Shown one piece after another: positions 9,721-20,030 of a DNA stretch of 64,000 bases. The DNA comes from Dehalococcoidia bacterium (GTDB lineage Bacteria; Chloroflexota; Dehalococcoidia; Bin125): NCBI GenBank assembly GCA_022828105.1, contig JAJEJC010000007.1, forward strand, positions 204,885 through 268,884. The letters are read 5' to 3'. The notes under the pieces were generated by a model. That model did not search any database and had not been told where the DNA came from. It saw only the letters and a list, made by a program, of their open reading frames with translations. Position numbers and translations under genes: made by a program. Position 1 is the stretch's first letter. Every line of letters starts with the position of its first letter.

Positions 9721-11196
9721 GTGCTGATCCGACTTCTGCTCACCGTGTTTCTGGGATCGGCATTGGTCGCAGCGTGCGGCGGCGATAAGCCGCCGTCTCC
9801 AGCGGCCGTTGAGACGACATCGCAATCCGAACAGACGCAACCGGCACAATCAGCAAGATCGGCAACCAGTGAAGCCCGGGCTGAAGCTGAACAGTCGCAA
9901 GGCACTGAGCAATCCGAATCCGCGCATCAACAGCAGTCTTCGCCCCAATTGGTAGAGGAGTCAGACCAATCGACCGCCGAAGCCGATGCAGACGCTGACC
10001 GGTTCCTGGCGTCGCCTCCGACGTTGGATCGCGGCCATGCGGCGAACGCGGTGATTGCGCTTGCCGAAACGTTGGGGCCGCGACCGTCCGGGACGGCCGA
10101 AGAGGTCGCGGCCGCCGCACACATCGCGGACCTGCTCGAATCGTATGGATACGAGGTGCGGATTGAGCCGTTTGAGTACAGCGTGGAGCAGCCTATCGTT
10201 CAAATCTTTCTGAGCGACGCGGAAGACATAGCCGCTTCCCGGTTCCGGGGTTCGGATCTTGGCGCAGTTGAAGGGCGCTTGCAGCCAATCGAAGGTGAAG
10301 GCAACCCAGCCGACTATGAAGGGGTAGACGTAGCAGGAGCGATCGTGCTCGTCGACCGCGGCCTCATCACGTTCGCAGAGAAGGCGCAACACGCCGCGGA
10401 AGCTGGTGCGGCAGCACTCATCATCGTCAACAACGACAACTTCTGGCTGCTCGGAGACTTGGCTGAGTATCGCAGCCCGATACCCGTCTTCGGCGTCACT
10501 CGCATACTGGGACGCAACCTGAAGTCTCGTTCTCCCCAGGTCGTGACTATCTCCCCATCTTCGGGAGACGTGAGTCGCTCTCAGAATATCGTCGCGCTTC
10601 GTCCGGACGCGATCTGCAGCGTCATCGTGGGAGCTCACTACGACACCGTTTACCGAACTGCCGGCTACAACGACAACAGTTCGGGGACGGCCTTGATGAT
10701 GGAGTTTGCCAGGATTTACGCCGAACACGCTGCCTCCGAACATCTGTGTTTCGTGGGTTTCGGCGCTGAGGAGGTTGGCATCTACGGATCGAGAGAATAC
10801 GTTCGCCGACTGAAGGAGACAGGACAGCTCGCCGATGTTCGCTACTTGCTCAACCTCGATGCCATCGGCTCCGGTTCCTTGCATCTCTCCCTCTCGGTCA
10901 ACGGAGCTGACCTTCGCCTCCTGACCGCTCGGCTGGTTGAGCAACTCGGCATACCCGGCCCTTACATTGAGCAGGGCGGATGGGCCGATGCCTACCCATT
11001 TGCGCAAGCGGGGGTCGAGACGTTTTTCCCGTTGCCCGCCGGAGGTGTGATGAACACGATCGCCGATGACTCGAGCAACTTCGATGCCGCAGTCTTTCAG
11101 GAAGTGGCCCGACTCGCCGAGCATGTTCTGCAATGCATGCTGGAGCGTTCCGGCGCCTCAATCCGTCCGGTGTTCGATTGCGGCGATCCGAGTTAG
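9721..11196 (+). CDS. M28 family peptidase (aminopeptidase) lipoprotein with PA domain
   Basis: Lipoprotein signal LGSALVAACGG; PA-domain-like VAGAIVLVDRGLITFAEKAQHA; M28 catalytic motifs GAHYDTVYRTAGYNDNSSGTALMMEFARIY and GFGAEEVGIYGSREY. Confidence 0.8.
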   Translation: MLIRLLLTVFLGSALVAACGGDKPPSPAAVETTSQSEQTQPAQSARSATSEARAEAEQSQGTEQSESAHQQQSSPQLVEESDQSTAEADADADRFLASPPTLDRGHAANAVIALAETLGPRPSGTAEEVAAAAHIADLLESYGYEVRIEPFEYSVEQPIVQIFLSDAEDIAASRFRGSDLGAVEGRLQPIEGEGNPADYEGVDVAGAIVLVDRGLITFAEKAQHAAEAGAAALIIVNNDNFWLLGDLAEYRSPIPVFGVTRILGRNLKSRSPQVVTISPSSGDVSRSQNIVALRPDAICSVIVGAHYDTVYRTAGYNDNSSGTALMMEFARIYAEHAASEHLCFVGFGAEEVGIYGSREYVRRLKETGQLADVRYLLNLDAIGSGSLHLSLSVNGADLRLLTARLVEQLGIPGPYIEQGGWADAYPFAQAGVETFFPLPAGGVMNTIADDSSNFDAAVFQEVARLAEHVLQCMLERSGASIRPVFDCGDPS

Positions 11197-11243
11197 CAAC
11201 CACGTGCGACACTAGAAGGGTGAAGTCCCCGCGCCGCATTGGC

Positions 11244-11885
11244 ATGTCCCTCCTCGTTCTGGTCGTTCTGGCCACTCTGGTCACGGTCGCCTGCGGCAGC
11301 GAGGCATCCGCGCCGACCCCGATCGATCCTGCCGCCGCATCGCAGACCGCCGTTGTTGACGAGGACATCCCGGTCGAAGCGCTGCCCGATCCGCTGCCGG
11401 CGCCCTACCTGATCGAGGACGACGTCACCGTCGAACAGGCCCCAATCACTGAGACGACCTATGTCGTCCAACCGGGCGACAGCCTCGCCGCGATCGCTGG
11501 TCGTTTCTGCATCACCGTGGAGGAGATCCAGCGACTCAACACGATCGTAGACATCGATTCGCTCGATGTTGGCGATGAGCTCAGGATTCCAATTCGCGAG
11601 GGAGGCTGCGGCGCGGCTGCGCCCCAGAGCGCGCAGTCGGAGGAGACGGCCGTAGAGGAGCCGACGCGGCCGCCCGGCGAAATCTACATCGTCGAGGCCG
11701 GAGACACGCTGGCCGATATCGGCTTCGCGTTCGGGTTTACCTGGGTCGAGCTAATGAACTACAACGGATTGACCGAGTCACAGGCGGCCAACCTGCAAAT
11801 CGGTCAGGCGCTGATCATCCCGCCGCAACCGGACGAGGTCGAGCAAGAGGCGGAGCAGGCTGGCTCCTCCGAACCGCCCGGCTAA
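11244..11885 (+). CDS. LysM-domain lipoprotein (two LysM repeats)
   Basis: Start at ATG 11244 (MSLLVLVVLATLVTVACGSE lipobox) rather than the ORF-track 11133, which would overlap the peptidase. LysM repeats YVVQPGDSLAAIAGRF...LRIP and YIVEAGDTLADIGFAF...LIIP. Confidence 0.75.
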   Translation: MSLLVLVVLATLVTVACGSEASAPTPIDPAAASQTAVVDEDIPVEALPDPLPAPYLIEDDVTVEQAPITETTYVVQPGDSLAAIAGRFCITVEEIQRLNTIVDIDSLDVGDELRIPIREGGCGAAAPQSAQSEETAVEEPTRPPGEIYIVEAGDTLADIGFAFGFTWVELMNYNGLTESQAANLQIGQALIIPPQPDEVEQEAEQAGSSEPPG

Positions 11886-11995
11886 CCTGCCCTCCGCCGT
11901 TCTGGTTTGATTGTCCCCTCGATACCCCTGTAGTAGCCTCACTTCCTGCGTAGCGGCGACCGGGTGGGTGCCGCTGGAGGGGCAACGGGTGTGTC

Positions 11996-13594
11996 ATGGT
12001 CTCTGAACCTGCGCAGCAAACGTCGCAGCAATCTTCGCAGCGGGGGATTGATTTTCTGCTTGAAGAGGTCGCGCAGCGCAGGCTCAACGGCAACGCCCAA
12101 TCGACCCGCGCAGCCGCACTCGAACGGCAGCACGGCCGCGGCAAACTGAGCGCGCGCGAGCGGCTCGACATCCTCTTCGACGCCGGTTCATTCACCGAGA
12201 TCGACCCATTCGTCAAGCATCGCGGTTCCGGTTTTGGGCTGGAAAACAACCGACCCGAGGGCGATTCGGTCGTCGTTGGACACGGCACGGTCGATGGCCG
12301 CACGGTCTTTGCCTACGCCCAGGACTTCACCCTGTTCGGCGGTTCGGTCTCCGAGGCCGCTGCTGAGAAGATCGCCAAGATCCAGGACTTGTCGATGAAA
12401 GTCGGCGCGCCGATCGTGGCGATCAACGACGGCGGCGGCGCGCGCATCCAGGAGGGCGTCACCTCGCTGCGCGGCTACGGCGAGATCTTCCTGCGCAACA
12501 CCCTTTCCTCAGGCGTCGTGCCGCAGATCGCAGTCTGTGCCGGACCGGCGGCCGGCGGCGGCGTGTATTCGCCCGCGATCATGGACTTCATCTTCATGGT
12601 CCAGGGCACCGGCCAGATGTACATCACCGGACCGGATGTGATTCGCGCAGTCTCCGGCGAGGAAGTCAGCCACGAAGAACTCGGCGGCGCGATGACCCAC
12701 GCGACCAAGACCGGCGTCGCGCACTTCTGCATCCCCGGCGAAGAAGCGACCCTCAACACTGTCCGCCAGCTGCTCACGTTCCTGCCCCAGAACAACATGG
12801 AGGAACCGCGCTGGACCGATACGGGCGACTCGCCCGAGCGCAAGCTCGACAGTCTCGTTGACATCGTGCCGGCCGACTCCACCCGCCCCTACGACATCCG
12901 CCGCGTGATCCGCGAGATCGTCGACAACGGGCAGTTCATGGAGATCCAGGCCCAGTGGGCGCGCAATGTCGCCGTGGGCTTCGCCCATATGGGCGGCTAC
13001 GGCGTCGGCATCGTCGCCAACGACCCTGATTCGCTCGCCGGCGTGCTCGACATCGACGCCTCGCGCAAGGCGGCGCGATTCGTTCGCTTCTGCGACTGCT
13101 TCAACATCCCGATTGTGACGCTCGTCGATGTGCCCGGATTCCTGCCCGGCACCCAGCAGGAGTACGGCGGGATCATTGCGCACGGCGCAAAGCTGCTCTA
13201 CGCCTACGCCGAGGCGACTGTGCCCAAAGTGGCAGTCACGCTGCGCAAGTCGATCGGCGGCGCATACGTCGTGATGAGCAGCAAGCACCTGCGCTCCGAC
13301 GTCAACCTCGCCTGGCCCACGGCGCAGATCGCCGTAACCGGCTCCGACGGGGCGGTCAATATCATCCACCGCCGCCGGATCGCCGCCGCCGAGGACCCAG
13401 TCGCCGAGCGGGCCAAGCTGATCGCCGAATACGAAGCCGAGTTCTACCGCCCCTACCAGGCCGCCGAGCTGGGCTTTGTCGACGACGTGATTCACCCGCG
13501 CGAGACCCGCACCGCCATCTTCCGCGCGCTCGATATGCTCGCGGACAAGGTGGACACGTCACCGCCCAAGAAACACGGCAACATCCCACTCTGA
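11996..13594 (+). CDS. pccB: Acyl-CoA (propionyl-/methylmalonyl-CoA) carboxylase carboxyltransferase beta subunit
   Basis: GKLSARERLDILFDAGSF...VVGHGTVDGRTVFAYAQDFTLFGGS...AINDGGGARIQEGV...VCAGPAAGGGVYSPA carboxyltransferase motifs; 532 aa. Confidence 0.9.
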   Translation: MVSEPAQQTSQQSSQRGIDFLLEEVAQRRLNGNAQSTRAAALERQHGRGKLSARERLDILFDAGSFTEIDPFVKHRGSGFGLENNRPEGDSVVVGHGTVDGRTVFAYAQDFTLFGGSVSEAAAEKIAKIQDLSMKVGAPIVAINDGGGARIQEGVTSLRGYGEIFLRNTLSSGVVPQIAVCAGPAAGGGVYSPAIMDFIFMVQGTGQMYITGPDVIRAVSGEEVSHEELGGAMTHATKTGVAHFCIPGEEATLNTVRQLLTFLPQNNMEEPRWTDTGDSPERKLDSLVDIVPADSTRPYDIRRVIREIVDNGQFMEIQAQWARNVAVGFAHMGGYGVGIVANDPDSLAGVLDIDASRKAARFVRFCDCFNIPIVTLVDVPGFLPGTQQEYGGIIAHGAKLLYAYAEATVPKVAVTLRKSIGGAYVVMSSKHLRSDVNLAWPTAQIAVTGSDGAVNIIHRRRIAAAEDPVAERAKLIAEYEAEFYRPYQAAELGFVDDVIHPRETRTAIFRALDMLADKVDTSPPKKHGNIPL

Positions 13595-13652
13595 CGCGCC
13601 CCGACATCAGCCGACCGAGCCGGAGCGGGTCGGCAGCGAACTGGACCCGACC

Positions 13653-15920
13653 ATGGCATACGAATCCGACGCCCTTCAGCGGATTGACGCCGCGTACTCC
13701 AAGCTGCGCGACGGCATCGATGCCGCGCGTCAGCGCATCGACCGGCCGCTGACCCTGGCCGAGAAGATCCTATTCGGGCACTTCGTCGATCCGGCCAACC
13801 AGCCGCTCGGGCGCGGCTCGGACCATGCCTCGCTCCAGCCTGACCGCGTCGCTCTGCAGGACGCCACGGCGCAGATGGCCCTGCTGCAGTTCGAACTTGC
13901 CGGACTCCAGCGCGTCGTTGTCCCGACCACTGTCCACTGCGACCACCTGATCCAGGCCCGCGTCGGCGCGGACACCGACCTCCAGGTCGCGGTCACCGAG
14001 AACGAAGAGGTCTACGAGTTCCTGCGCACCGCCGCGGCTCGCTACGGGGCGGGCTTCTGGAAGCCCGGCTCGGGCATCATCCACCAGGTCGTCTTCGAGA
14101 ACTACGCCTTCCCCGGCGGCATGATGATCGGCACCGACTCGCACACGCCCAACGCCGGAGGCATGGGCATGATCGCGATCGGCGTCGGCGGCGCCGACGC
14201 GGTGGATGTGATGGCCGGTCTCGGCTGGGGCGTGACGATGCCCAGGCTGATCGGCGTCCACCTGACCGGCGCGCTCGACGGCTGGACCTCGCCCAAGGAT
14301 GTCATCCTGCGCGTCGCCGACGAACTCACCGTCAAGGGCGGCACCGGCGCGATCGTCGAGTACTTCGGCCCCGGACTCGCCTCGATGAGCGCTACCGGGC
14401 GCGGCACCGTGACCAATATGGGCGCCGAGATCGGCGCGACCACCTCGCTCTTCCCCTTCGACGAGCGCACCGGGGACTACTTGCGCAGCACCGGACGCGC
14501 AGACATCGCCGAACTGGCCGAGGCCAACGCCGAGCACCTGCGCGCCGACGACGGCGTCGCCGCCGCGCGAGGCGAGATCTTCGACCGAGTGATCGAGATC
14601 GATCTCAGCGATCTGGAACCCGCATGGGTCGGGCCGCACACACCCGACCTGCGCAACACCGTCGCCGAGGTGCGCGGATTCATGGAGTCCGAGGACTACC
14701 CGCTCAACGTGACCAACGCACTGATCGGCTCCTGCACCAACTCGTCTTACGAGGACATGAGCCGAGCCGCGCACATCGCGCGCCAGGCGGCGGAGGCCGG
14801 TCTCGAACTCCGCGCGCCCTTGCTGGTCACGCCCGGATCCGAGCAGATCCGCGCCACGATCCAGCGCGACGGACAGATCGAGGCCTTCGAGTCGGCCGGC
14901 GCAACCGTACTGGCCAACGCCTGCGGGCCCTGCATCGGTCAGTGGATGCGTGAAGACCTCGAAGGCGACGAGCAGAACACGATCGTCACCTCCTTCAACC
15001 GCAACTTCCCCGGACGCAACGACGCCAACCGCAACACGCTCGCCTTCATCGGCTCGCCCGAACTCGTCGTCGCCACCGCCTTCGCCGGCGAGATGGGCTT
15101 CGACCCGCGCTCGGACGCCATTGCGACGGACGACGGTGAGTTTCGCTTCAGCGCGCCCACCGGCGACGAGCTGCCCCCGACCGGCTTCGATACCGGCGAC
15201 GAGGGCTACATCGCGCCGCCCGACGACGGCAGCGGCGTCGACGTGATCGTCAGCCCCGAGAGCAACCGCCTCCAGCGACTGACGCCGTTCCCGGCCTGGG
15301 ACGGCGACGACTACCGCTTCCTCTCGGTCCTGATCAAGACGCAGGGCAAGACGACCACCGACCACATCTCGCCCGCCGGCTCCTGGCTCCGCTTCCGCGG
15401 TCATCTCGAGAACATCTCCGGCAACCTGTTCAGCGGCGGGGTCAACGCCTTCACCGACGACACCGGCACGACCCTCAACCAGATCAGTGGACAGGCCGGC
15501 CAGCCGATCAACGAGGTCGCGTGCGCTTACAAGGACGCCGGCATCCGCTGGGTCGCGGTGGGCGACGAGAACTACGGCGAGGGCTCCAGCCGCGAGCACG
15601 CCTCGATGGAGATTCGCTGGAGCGGCGGCTACGTCGTGGTCGCGCGTTCCTTTGCCCGCATCGCCGAGACCAATCTCAAGAAGCAGGGCATCCTCGCGCT
15701 CACCTTCGGCGATCCCGCCCACTACGACCTGGTCGGCGAGCGCGACCGACTTAGCGTGCTCGGCCTCGACCGGTTCGCCCCCGGCCAACCGCTCACCCTG
15801 CGCATTGACCACGAGGACGGCTCCAGCGACGACGTCCCCGTCAACCACACCTTCACCGAGGAACAGATCACCTGGTTCCAGGCCGGCAGCGCCCTCAACA
15901 AGATCGCCGCTTCGCAGTAG
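13653..15920 (+). CDS. acn: Aconitate hydratase (aconitase family, ~755 aa type)
   Basis: RPLTLAEKILFGH, HCDHLIQA, GTDSHTPNAGG, NACGPCIGQW and SR-containing C-terminal swivel domain: diagnostic aconitase motifs. Confidence 0.9.
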   Translation: MAYESDALQRIDAAYSKLRDGIDAARQRIDRPLTLAEKILFGHFVDPANQPLGRGSDHASLQPDRVALQDATAQMALLQFELAGLQRVVVPTTVHCDHLIQARVGADTDLQVAVTENEEVYEFLRTAAARYGAGFWKPGSGIIHQVVFENYAFPGGMMIGTDSHTPNAGGMGMIAIGVGGADAVDVMAGLGWGVTMPRLIGVHLTGALDGWTSPKDVILRVADELTVKGGTGAIVEYFGPGLASMSATGRGTVTNMGAEIGATTSLFPFDERTGDYLRSTGRADIAELAEANAEHLRADDGVAAARGEIFDRVIEIDLSDLEPAWVGPHTPDLRNTVAEVRGFMESEDYPLNVTNALIGSCTNSSYEDMSRAAHIARQAAEAGLELRAPLLVTPGSEQIRATIQRDGQIEAFESAGATVLANACGPCIGQWMREDLEGDEQNTIVTSFNRNFPGRNDANRNTLAFIGSPELVVATAFAGEMGFDPRSDAIATDDGEFRFSAPTGDELPPTGFDTGDEGYIAPPDDGSGVDVIVSPESNRLQRLTPFPAWDGDDYRFLSVLIKTQGKTTTDHISPAGSWLRFRGHLENISGNLFSGGVNAFTDDTGTTLNQISGQAGQPINEVACAYKDAGIRWVAVGDENYGEGSSREHASMEIRWSGGYVVVARSFARIAETNLKKQGILALTFGDPAHYDLVGERDRLSVLGLDRFAPGQPLTLRIDHEDGSSDDVPVNHTFTEEQITWFQAGSALNKIAASQ

Positions 15921-16041
15921 GCGCGAGCGCCGGTCAGCCACGCACGTAGCAGACTCAAGGCCGAGCATCGGATAACAATTGGACAAGCCCCGTCACTTCC
16001 CCCACGGGTGTGTCTGCCCGTGCCCAGAAAGGTCCAGTCCC

Positions 16042-16977
16042 ATGCGAACGAAGGTGACCGTCATTGGAGCCGGCAACGTCGGCGCGACCACCGCTCAGCG
16101 GCTCGCCGAGCGCGGCTACGCCGATGTCGTGCTCGTCGACATCGTCGACGGCCTGCCGCAGGGCAAGGCGCTCGACATGTATGAGGCGTCTCCCGTGATT
16201 GGCGTCGATTCCTGCATCACCGGCGCGACCGACTACGGCCCGACCGCCGGCTCCGACATCGTCGTGATCACCTCCGGCGTCGCCCGCAAGCCGGGCATGT
16301 CGCGCGACGACCTGCTGCAGATCAACATGGGCATCGTCGATTCGGTCACTCGAGCCGCAATCGCCGAGTCGCCCGACGCGACCATCGTCGTCGTCTCCAA
16401 CCCGCTCGACGCGATGTGCCACGTCGCCTACGACGCGGCCGGCATTCCCAGCTCGCGCGTCGTCGGCATGGCCGGCATCCTCGACACGGCCCGCTACCGC
16501 TCCTTCCTCTCCGAGGCGATCAACATCTCGGTCGAGGACATCAACGCCTTCGTGCTCGGCGGCCACGGCGACACGATGGTCCCGCTCGCTTCCTACACCA
16601 CCGCCGCCGGCATCCCGATCACCAAGCTGCTGCCCCAGGACCAGCTCGACACCATCATCCAGCGCACACGCGACGGCGGCGCGGAGATTGTCGACCTGCT
16701 CAAGACCGGTTCCGCCTTCTACGCCCCCTCCGCGGCGGTCGCGCAGATGGTCGACGCGATCTCGCTCGACAAGCGCCGCATCCTCCCCTGCGCCGCGCTG
16801 CTCGAGGGTCAGTACGGCGTTGACGGCCTCTTCATCGGCGTACCTGTCGTGCTGGGCAAGAACGGCATCGAGCAGATCCTGGAGATTGACCTCACGAACG
16901 AGGAACAAGCTCAGCTCAAGCATTCCGCCGACGCCGTCCAGGGCCTCGTCGACGACATGGCCCGACTGAGCAGCTAA
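16042..16977 (+). CDS. mdh: Malate dehydrogenase (LDH-like MDH family)
   Basis: [19 protein letters not shown] Rossmann N-terminus, [27 protein letters not shown]. Start ATG 16042 with AAAGG SD; the ORF-track start at 15979 is an N-terminal over-extension. Confidence 0.9.
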   Translation: MRTKVTVIGAGNVGATTAQRLAERGYADVVLVDIVDGLPQGKALDMYEASPVIGVDSCITGATDYGPTAGSDIVVITSGVARKPGMSRDDLLQINMGIVDSVTRAAIAESPDATIVVVSNPLDAMCHVAYDAAGIPSSRVVGMAGILDTARYRSFLSEAINISVEDINAFVLGGHGDTMVPLASYTTAAGIPITKLLPQDQLDTIIQRTRDGGAEIVDLLKTGSAFYAPSAAVAQMVDAISLDKRRILPCAALLEGQYGVDGLFIGVPVVLGKNGIEQILEIDLTNEEQAQLKHSADAVQGLVDDMARLSS

Positions 16978-16980
16978 TCT

Positions 16981-17034
16981 CCCTCTTCCCCCGCTCCGCG
17001 GGCGGAGGTGTCCCGCAGGGACGGAGGGGGCGCC
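16981..17034 (+). repeat. GC-rich multi-hairpin intergenic repeat, copy 1 (degenerate), 4 nt after mdh stop
   Basis: CCCTCTTCCCCCGCTCCGCGGGCGGAGGTGTCCCGCAGGGACGGAGGGGGCGCC; shares arm, loop and central GTCCC-N3-GGGAC hairpin with copies at 18456, 20896, 51289(rc) and 58651. Confidence 0.7.
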
Positions 17035-17063
17035 GACGACCGGCAAGAACCAAGGACCGAACA

Positions 17064-18452
17064 ATGACCGAGACCCGAGTCGAATCCGACACCATGGGAA
17101 CGATCGAGGTTCCCGCCGACCGCTACTGGGGCGCGCAGACGCAACGCTCGCTGGAGAACTTCAAGATCGGCGGTGAGCGCATGCCCCGCTCGATCCTGCG
17201 AGCGATGGGCATCGTCAAGCACGCCTCGGCCAGCGCCAACCAGAAGCTGGGCCGCCTCGACGCCGAAGTGGCCGACGCGATCCGCTCAGCCGGACAGCAG
17301 GTGATCGACGGCGAACTGGACGATCACTTCCCCCTCGTCGTCTGGCAGACCGGCTCCGGCACGCAGTCCAACATGAACGCCAACGAGGTCATCTCGAACC
17401 GCGCGATCGAACTGCTCGGCGGCGAGATCGGCTCCAAGGCGCCGGTCCATCCCAACGACCACGTCAACATGTCGCAGTCGTCCAACGATGTCTTCCCCGG
17501 CGCGATGGCGATCGCCACCGCCGAGCAAACCGTCCAGCACCTGATTCCCAGCCTGCACTACCTGCACGACGCGCTCCAGGCCAAGGCCGAGGAATGGACC
17601 AACATCGTCAAGATTGGCCGCACCCATTTCATGGACGCCGTCCCGCTCACGTTGGGCCAGGAGTTCAGCGGCTACGTCCAGCAGGTCGCCTACGGCATCC
17701 AGCGGGCCGAGCAGACGCTGCCGCGCCTCTACGAACTCGCCCTGGGCGGCACCGCCGTCGGGACCGGCATCAACTCGCACCCCGACTACGCGGTCAAGGT
17801 CGCCGAGGAAATCTCTGACTTGACCGGCCTGCCGTTCGTCACCGCGCCCAACAAGTTCGAGGCGCTGGCGGCGCACGACGCGCAGGTCGAGCTGGCCGGC
17901 GTGCTCAACACCATCGCCGTCTCGCTGATGAAGATCGCCAACGACGTGCGCATGCTCGGCTCCGGTCCTCGCGCCGGCCTGGGCGAACTGGTCCTGCCGG
18001 CCAACGAGCCCGGCTCGTCGATCATGCCGGGCAAAGTCAACCCGACCCAGTCCGAGGCGCTGACCATGGTCTGCGCGCAGGTCATGGGCAACGCCGTCGC
18101 CGTCTCGGTCGGCGGCTCCAACGGACACTTCGAGCTCAACGTCTTCAAACCGGTGATGGCCTTCAACAACCTGCAGAGCATCAAGCTGCTCGGCGACGCC
18201 GCCGTCTCCTTCACCGACAACTGCGTCGTCGGCATCGAGCCCAACTACGGCCGGATCGACGAGCTGATGCGCTCCTCGTTGATGCTGGTCACGGCGCTCA
18301 ACCCGCACATCGGCTACGACAACGCCGCAGCGATTGCCAAGAAGGCCCATGCCGACAACGGCACCCTGTTGTCCGCCGGCCTCGAGCTCGGGCTGCTGAC
18401 CGAGGAGCAGTTCGCCGAGTGGGTCAAGCCCGAAGAGATGACCCGCCCCTAG
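17064..18452 (+). CDS. fumC: Fumarate hydratase class II
   Basis: [55 protein letters not shown] (fumarate-lyase signature), 462 aa. Confidence 0.95.
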   Translation: MTETRVESDTMGTIEVPADRYWGAQTQRSLENFKIGGERMPRSILRAMGIVKHASASANQKLGRLDAEVADAIRSAGQQVIDGELDDHFPLVVWQTGSGTQSNMNANEVISNRAIELLGGEIGSKAPVHPNDHVNMSQSSNDVFPGAMAIATAEQTVQHLIPSLHYLHDALQAKAEEWTNIVKIGRTHFMDAVPLTLGQEFSGYVQQVAYGIQRAEQTLPRLYELALGGTAVGTGINSHPDYAVKVAEEISDLTGLPFVTAPNKFEALAAHDAQVELAGVLNTIAVSLMKIANDVRMLGSGPRAGLGELVLPANEPGSSIMPGKVNPTQSEALTMVCAQVMGNAVAVSVGGSNGHFELNVFKPVMAFNNLQSIKLLGDAAVSFTDNCVVGIEPNYGRIDELMRSSLMLVTALNPHIGYDNAAAIAKKAHADNGTLLSAGLELGLLTEEQFAEWVKPEEMTRP

Positions 18453-18455
18453 AAT

Positions 18456-18514
18456 CCCCTCTCCCCCCGCGGAGCGGGGGGAGATGTCCCGTCGGGACAG
18501 AGGGGGGCTCTCCG
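18456..18514 (+). repeat. GC-rich multi-hairpin intergenic repeat, copy 2, 4 nt after fumC stop
   Basis: CCCCTCTCCCCCCGC-GGA-GCGGGGGGAG (perfect 10-bp stem) ATG GTCCC-GTC-GGGAC AGAGGGGGGCTCTCC. Confidence 0.8.
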
Positions 18515-18563
18515 CTTCGCCTCTACACTGCCATCGTCACCACATCGAGATTGGAGCCCCGCG

Positions 18564-19043
18564 ATGCCCAGCCGACGCAACATGATCGCCATGACCGACG
18601 AGGAAGCCAAAGAGTTCATCGAGACCGGCTGGACCCTGCAGGTCGCCTCGAACGGCAACAACGGGTTCCCCCACCTCGTCGCCATGTGGTACGGCGTGAT
18701 CGACGACAAGATCCACTTCACCACTTATGCCAAGGCGCAGAAGGTGCTCAATCTCAAGCGCGATCCGCGGATCACGGTGATGCTGGAATCGGGCGTCGAG
18801 TACTCGAAGATCAAGGGTCTCGTAATCGAAGGCGAGGCAGACGTGATCGAGAACGACCCACAGCTCGTGATGGCCGTTCAGGACGCCACCGGCGAGAAGC
18901 GAAACCCTAACGCCCAGGGCCGCTCGTCCACCCCGATGGACGACGAACAGCGCGTGCGCCAGGCCTCGAAGCGCGCGGTGGTGCGCATCAACCCCACCCG
19001 CGTCTACAGCTGGGACCACAACAAGCTCGGCGGCGTGTACTAG
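18564..19043 (+). CDS. PPOX-class (pyridoxamine 5'-phosphate oxidase-like) probable F420-dependent enzyme
   Basis: 159 aa FMN-binding split-barrel pattern MTDEEAKEFIETGWTLQVASNGNNGFPHLVAMWYGVIDDKIHFTT...RDPRITVMLESG...KGLVIEGEADVIEND. Confidence 0.75.
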   Translation: MPSRRNMIAMTDEEAKEFIETGWTLQVASNGNNGFPHLVAMWYGVIDDKIHFTTYAKAQKVLNLKRDPRITVMLESGVEYSKIKGLVIEGEADVIENDPQLVMAVQDATGEKRNPNAQGRSSTPMDDEQRVRQASKRAVVRINPTRVYSWDHNKLGGVY

Positions 19044-19052
19044 CCCGAGCGT

Positions 19053-19358
19053 TCACCCGGCTCCGGCGCCGTGCTCGCCGCCTGATGGTCCGTAGAACAC
19101 CACCCAAACAGCCAGACTGTCGCTGAACTCCTCGAACCGATGCCTGACGCCGGCGCCGACGAAGAACGCGTCGCCCGGTCCAATCTCCATCCGCTCGCTG
19201 CCCAGCGCGAAGACCCCGTTGCCCGACGCGACGATGTAGACCTCGTCCTGATCGTGTGGCGACTGCTTGTCGATCTCCTTGGGCGTGTACAGGCCCACCG
19301 ACATCGTCCCGTGCCGCAGCAATTCCCGGTACTCGTCGGCTCCGACTCGCTCTGCCAT
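19053..19358 (-). CDS. Cupin domain protein
   Basis: About 100 aa cupin pattern HDQDEVYIVASGNGVFALGSERMEIGPGDAFFVGAGVRHRFEEFSD. Start taken at internal ATG (MAERVGAD). Confidence 0.6.
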   Translation of the reverse strand: MAERVGADEYRELLRHGTMSVGLYTPKEIDKQSPHDQDEVYIVASGNGVFALGSERMEIGPGDAFFVGAGVRHRFEEFSDSLAVWVVFYGPSGGEHGAGAG

Positions 19359-19432
19359 GTTCGACTCCTCGCTCCGAACGCAGGATATGATCGGCCCGGC
19401 GCCCGGATTCCCCCTACGTGAGGACAACCCCC

Positions 19433-19960
19433 ATGAACCTGACCCAGCTCGAAGTGATCCAGGAAGGCCTCGACGGTATGCACGGGATGCTCGATCGAGC
19501 CGTGCCCGACATGACTGCCGGGCAGTGGAACGCGCGACCCGCCGGCGACGGCGTCAGCGCCTTCTTCTCGCTCTGGCATTACGTTCGGACGGAGGACAAC
19601 ATCGTCAACTGGGTCGTCCACCGCCGGCCGACCGTCTGGATCGATGGGAAGTGGGACGAGCATTTCGGATTGCACCGGACATCGCAGGGCACGGGCATGA
19701 CCAAGGACGAAGCCGACGCCGTGCTGCTCAACGATGTCGACGCTTGGCTCACGTATCAGCAACAGGTCTGGGTAGCGACACGCGAGTGGGTCGCCACGCT
19801 CGGCCCGGACGATCTGGACGGCGAGATCGTGATCCGGCCAACGCCACCGATGACCGTCTGGCAGGCCTTGACCGGCATGCTGCTGTTCCACGGCTATCGA
19901 CACGTCGGCGAGGTCGAACATGCGCGAGGTCTGCTCGGGCTCGGCGGTCTCACCATCTGA
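19433..19960 (+). CDS. DinB_2/DUF664-like four-helix-bundle protein
   Basis: ATG 19433 (MNLTQLEV) preceded by GAGGA SD 7 nt upstream; DinB-like pattern with conserved His residues (LWHYVRTEDN...HGYRHVGEVEHARGLLG). Confidence 0.65.
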   Translation: MNLTQLEVIQEGLDGMHGMLDRAVPDMTAGQWNARPAGDGVSAFFSLWHYVRTEDNIVNWVVHRRPTVWIDGKWDEHFGLHRTSQGTGMTKDEADAVLLNDVDAWLTYQQQVWVATREWVATLGPDDLDGEIVIRPTPPMTVWQALTGMLLFHGYRHVGEVEHARGLLGLGGLTI

Positions 19961-20030
19961 TTACCGAGTAGCGGTTGGCAGGCGATATCCTCAGTCGCGA
20001 ACTACCGGACATGTACAGACAGGATGAGCA

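Noticed and set aside
11885-11996. Possible riboswitch or leader upstream of pccB
   Set aside because: 110-nt intergenic region with no pattern I can match to a known riboswitch class by eye; left uncalled.
13770-15986. 738-aa minus-strand ORF
   Set aside because: Antisense shadow of the aconitase gene. Gly/Ala/Val/Asp-rich nonsense translation.
15979-16041. N-terminal 21-aa extension of mdh ([21 protein letters not shown])
   Set aside because: MDH/LDH enzymes begin directly with the Rossmann strand. ATG 16042 has an AAAGG SD; the extension is probably untranslated leader.
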